In this document: positions 63,126 to 64,000 of the stretch, piece after piece
Layout of the letters: every line of letters starts with the position of its first letter
Numbering within the stretch: position 1 is the stretch's first letter
Origin: Ruminococcaceae bacterium UBA6353
GTDB lineage: Bacteria > Bacillota > Clostridia > Oscillospirales > Acutalibacteraceae
Reading direction: 5' to 3'
Assembly: GCA_002437905.1 (NCBI GenBank)
Contig: DJRT01000014.1
Location: 55,917 to 119,916, forward strand
DNA: 64,000 nucleotides
The notes under the pieces: generated by a model
What the model was told of the DNA's origin: nothing
Databases searched by the model: none
The model's input: only the letters and a program-made list of their open reading frames with translations
Translations under genes and position numbers: made by a program

Positions 63126-63280
63126 CAGTGTATCCTATCCCGCCCGGTTCGTCAAGTGGAATTTTCCTGCGCGGCGGCCGGGCGGTGTGCAAGCTTTTAC
63201 CGGATTTTTCTTGCAATGCGGGAGCGCTTCTGCTACAATAGAGCCAATGTCTGTATTTTGACTTTTCAGGAGGAATTTGT

Positions 63281-64000
63281 ATGCCGATTATTTATCATGA
63301 AGAAAAACAGCAGTTTTATCTGCATACCGCCAACAGCAGCTATATCATTGAGCTGCTGGACGGCCGCATCCCGATGCATGCCTATTGGGGCAAGCCGCTG
63401 CACAGCATGCCCATGCTGACGGAATGGGATATCACGCATTACCGCAGCATGGTGGCAATGGATACCGGTGTGGCCGGCGGCTATGGCAGCACGGCGGCGC
63501 TGCCGCTGGAGTACCCCACCTTTGGTGCGGATCTGCGTGCGCCGGCGCTGCACGCGCGCTATGCTGACGGCAGCCGGGTAACCCGGCTGGAATATGTGGG
63601 GCATCGCATTTTTGCCGGCAAGCCGGCGCTGGAGGGGCTGCCGGCCACCTACGGCACGGCGGACGAGGTGGAAACGCTGGAACTGACCCTGCGGGATGCC
63701 CTGACCGGGCTGGAGGCGGTGCTGCAGTATGCCGTATTTCCGGCGCAGGATGCCATTGCCCGCAGCGTGCGCCTGACAAACGGCGGTGAGCAGCCGATCG
63801 ACCTGCTGCAGGTGGCCAGTGCTTCGGTGGATTTTGCCGATGCACAGCTGGATATGCTGCACCTGGATGGCCACTGGGCGCGGGAGCGCCACATCCAGCG
63901 TGAGCCGGTGACCTATGCGGCGCATTCCATCCAGTCGCGCGGCGGCAACAGCAGCCACCTGCACAATCCCTTTATGGCGCTGCTGTCCCCGGATGCCACC
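63281..64000 (+). CDS. Alpha-galactosidase GH36, second copy (5' part; runs off the window)
   Basis: ATG at 63281 after CAGGAGGA. The frame is open to the window end. MPIIYHEEKQQFYLHTANSSYIIELLDGRIPMHAYWGK... and SRGGNSSHLHNPFMALL are typical of the GH36 N-terminal domain. It is absent from the ORF track because no stop lies in the window. Confidence 0.85.
   Translation, partial: MPIIYHEEKQQFYLHTANSSYIIELLDGRIPMHAYWGKPLHSMPMLTEWDITHYRSMVAMDTGVAGGYGSTAALPLEYPTFGADLRAPALHARYADGSRVTRLEYVGHRIFAGKPALEGLPATYGTADEVETLELTLRDALTGLEAVLQYAVFPAQDAIARSVRLTNGGEQPIDLLQVASASVDFADAQLDMLHLDGHWARERHIQREPVTYAAHSIQSRGGNSSHLHNPFMALLSPDAT

Overview
High-GC chromosomal window. Sampled stretches are about 65-67 % GC, with a few AT-richer islets. 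The source looks like a spore-forming Clostridia-type Firmicute, based on spoIVB, an LtaS-type synthase and Gram-positive lipoboxes. It is Oscillospiraceae/Ruminococcaceae-like, but the species cannot be named from sequence alone. I support about 46 protein genes, one tRNA-Leu(CAA), one probable pseudogene, several near-consensus sigma-70-type promoters and many rho-independent terminators. No CRISPR array, transposase or integrase was seen.

Layout:
- 1-21 kb: housekeeping genes (sdaAB/sdaAA, pfkA, a fused MacB-type ABC exporter, spoIVB), a NifU-like/GGGtGRT gene pair, and scattered glycosidase-like genes. The latter include two paralogous (alpha/alpha)6 GH78-like genes and a DUF4091-type gene.
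- 21.3-47.8 kb: one co-directional glycan-utilisation locus of about 26.5 kb. In order it carries an AraC regulator, a GH16 lipoprotein, a 962-aa binding protein with tandem CBM-like domains, two permeases, an NHL/TPR/Yip1 membrane protein, a 758-aa lipoprotein, two more permeases, a second binding protein, an 852-aa and a 1935-aa secreted protein built from seven GLUG-type modules (with a 40-aa micro-ORF and a Thr/Pro-rich lipoprotein between them), and a GH36 alpha-galactosidase. A convergent GH28-like gene follows.
- 49.9-51.7 kb: tRNA-Leu, followed by a duplicated copy of its 3' end plus terminator, then a low-GC orphan gene with an internal tandem duplication.
- 51.8-64 kb: an AraC-controlled MBL/enolase-superfamily dehydratase/SDR module, LtaS, an orphan OadG/OadB Na+-pump pair, pcrA, a 5'-truncated or frameshifted MBL gene, and the start of a second GH36 gene.

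The most interesting candidate for an undescribed system is the GLUG-module surface-protein pair embedded at the distal end of the double ABC importer locus. All family names are recognised from motifs and memory, not from searches, and need HMM confirmation. The many long antisense ORFs in the track are high-GC artefacts.
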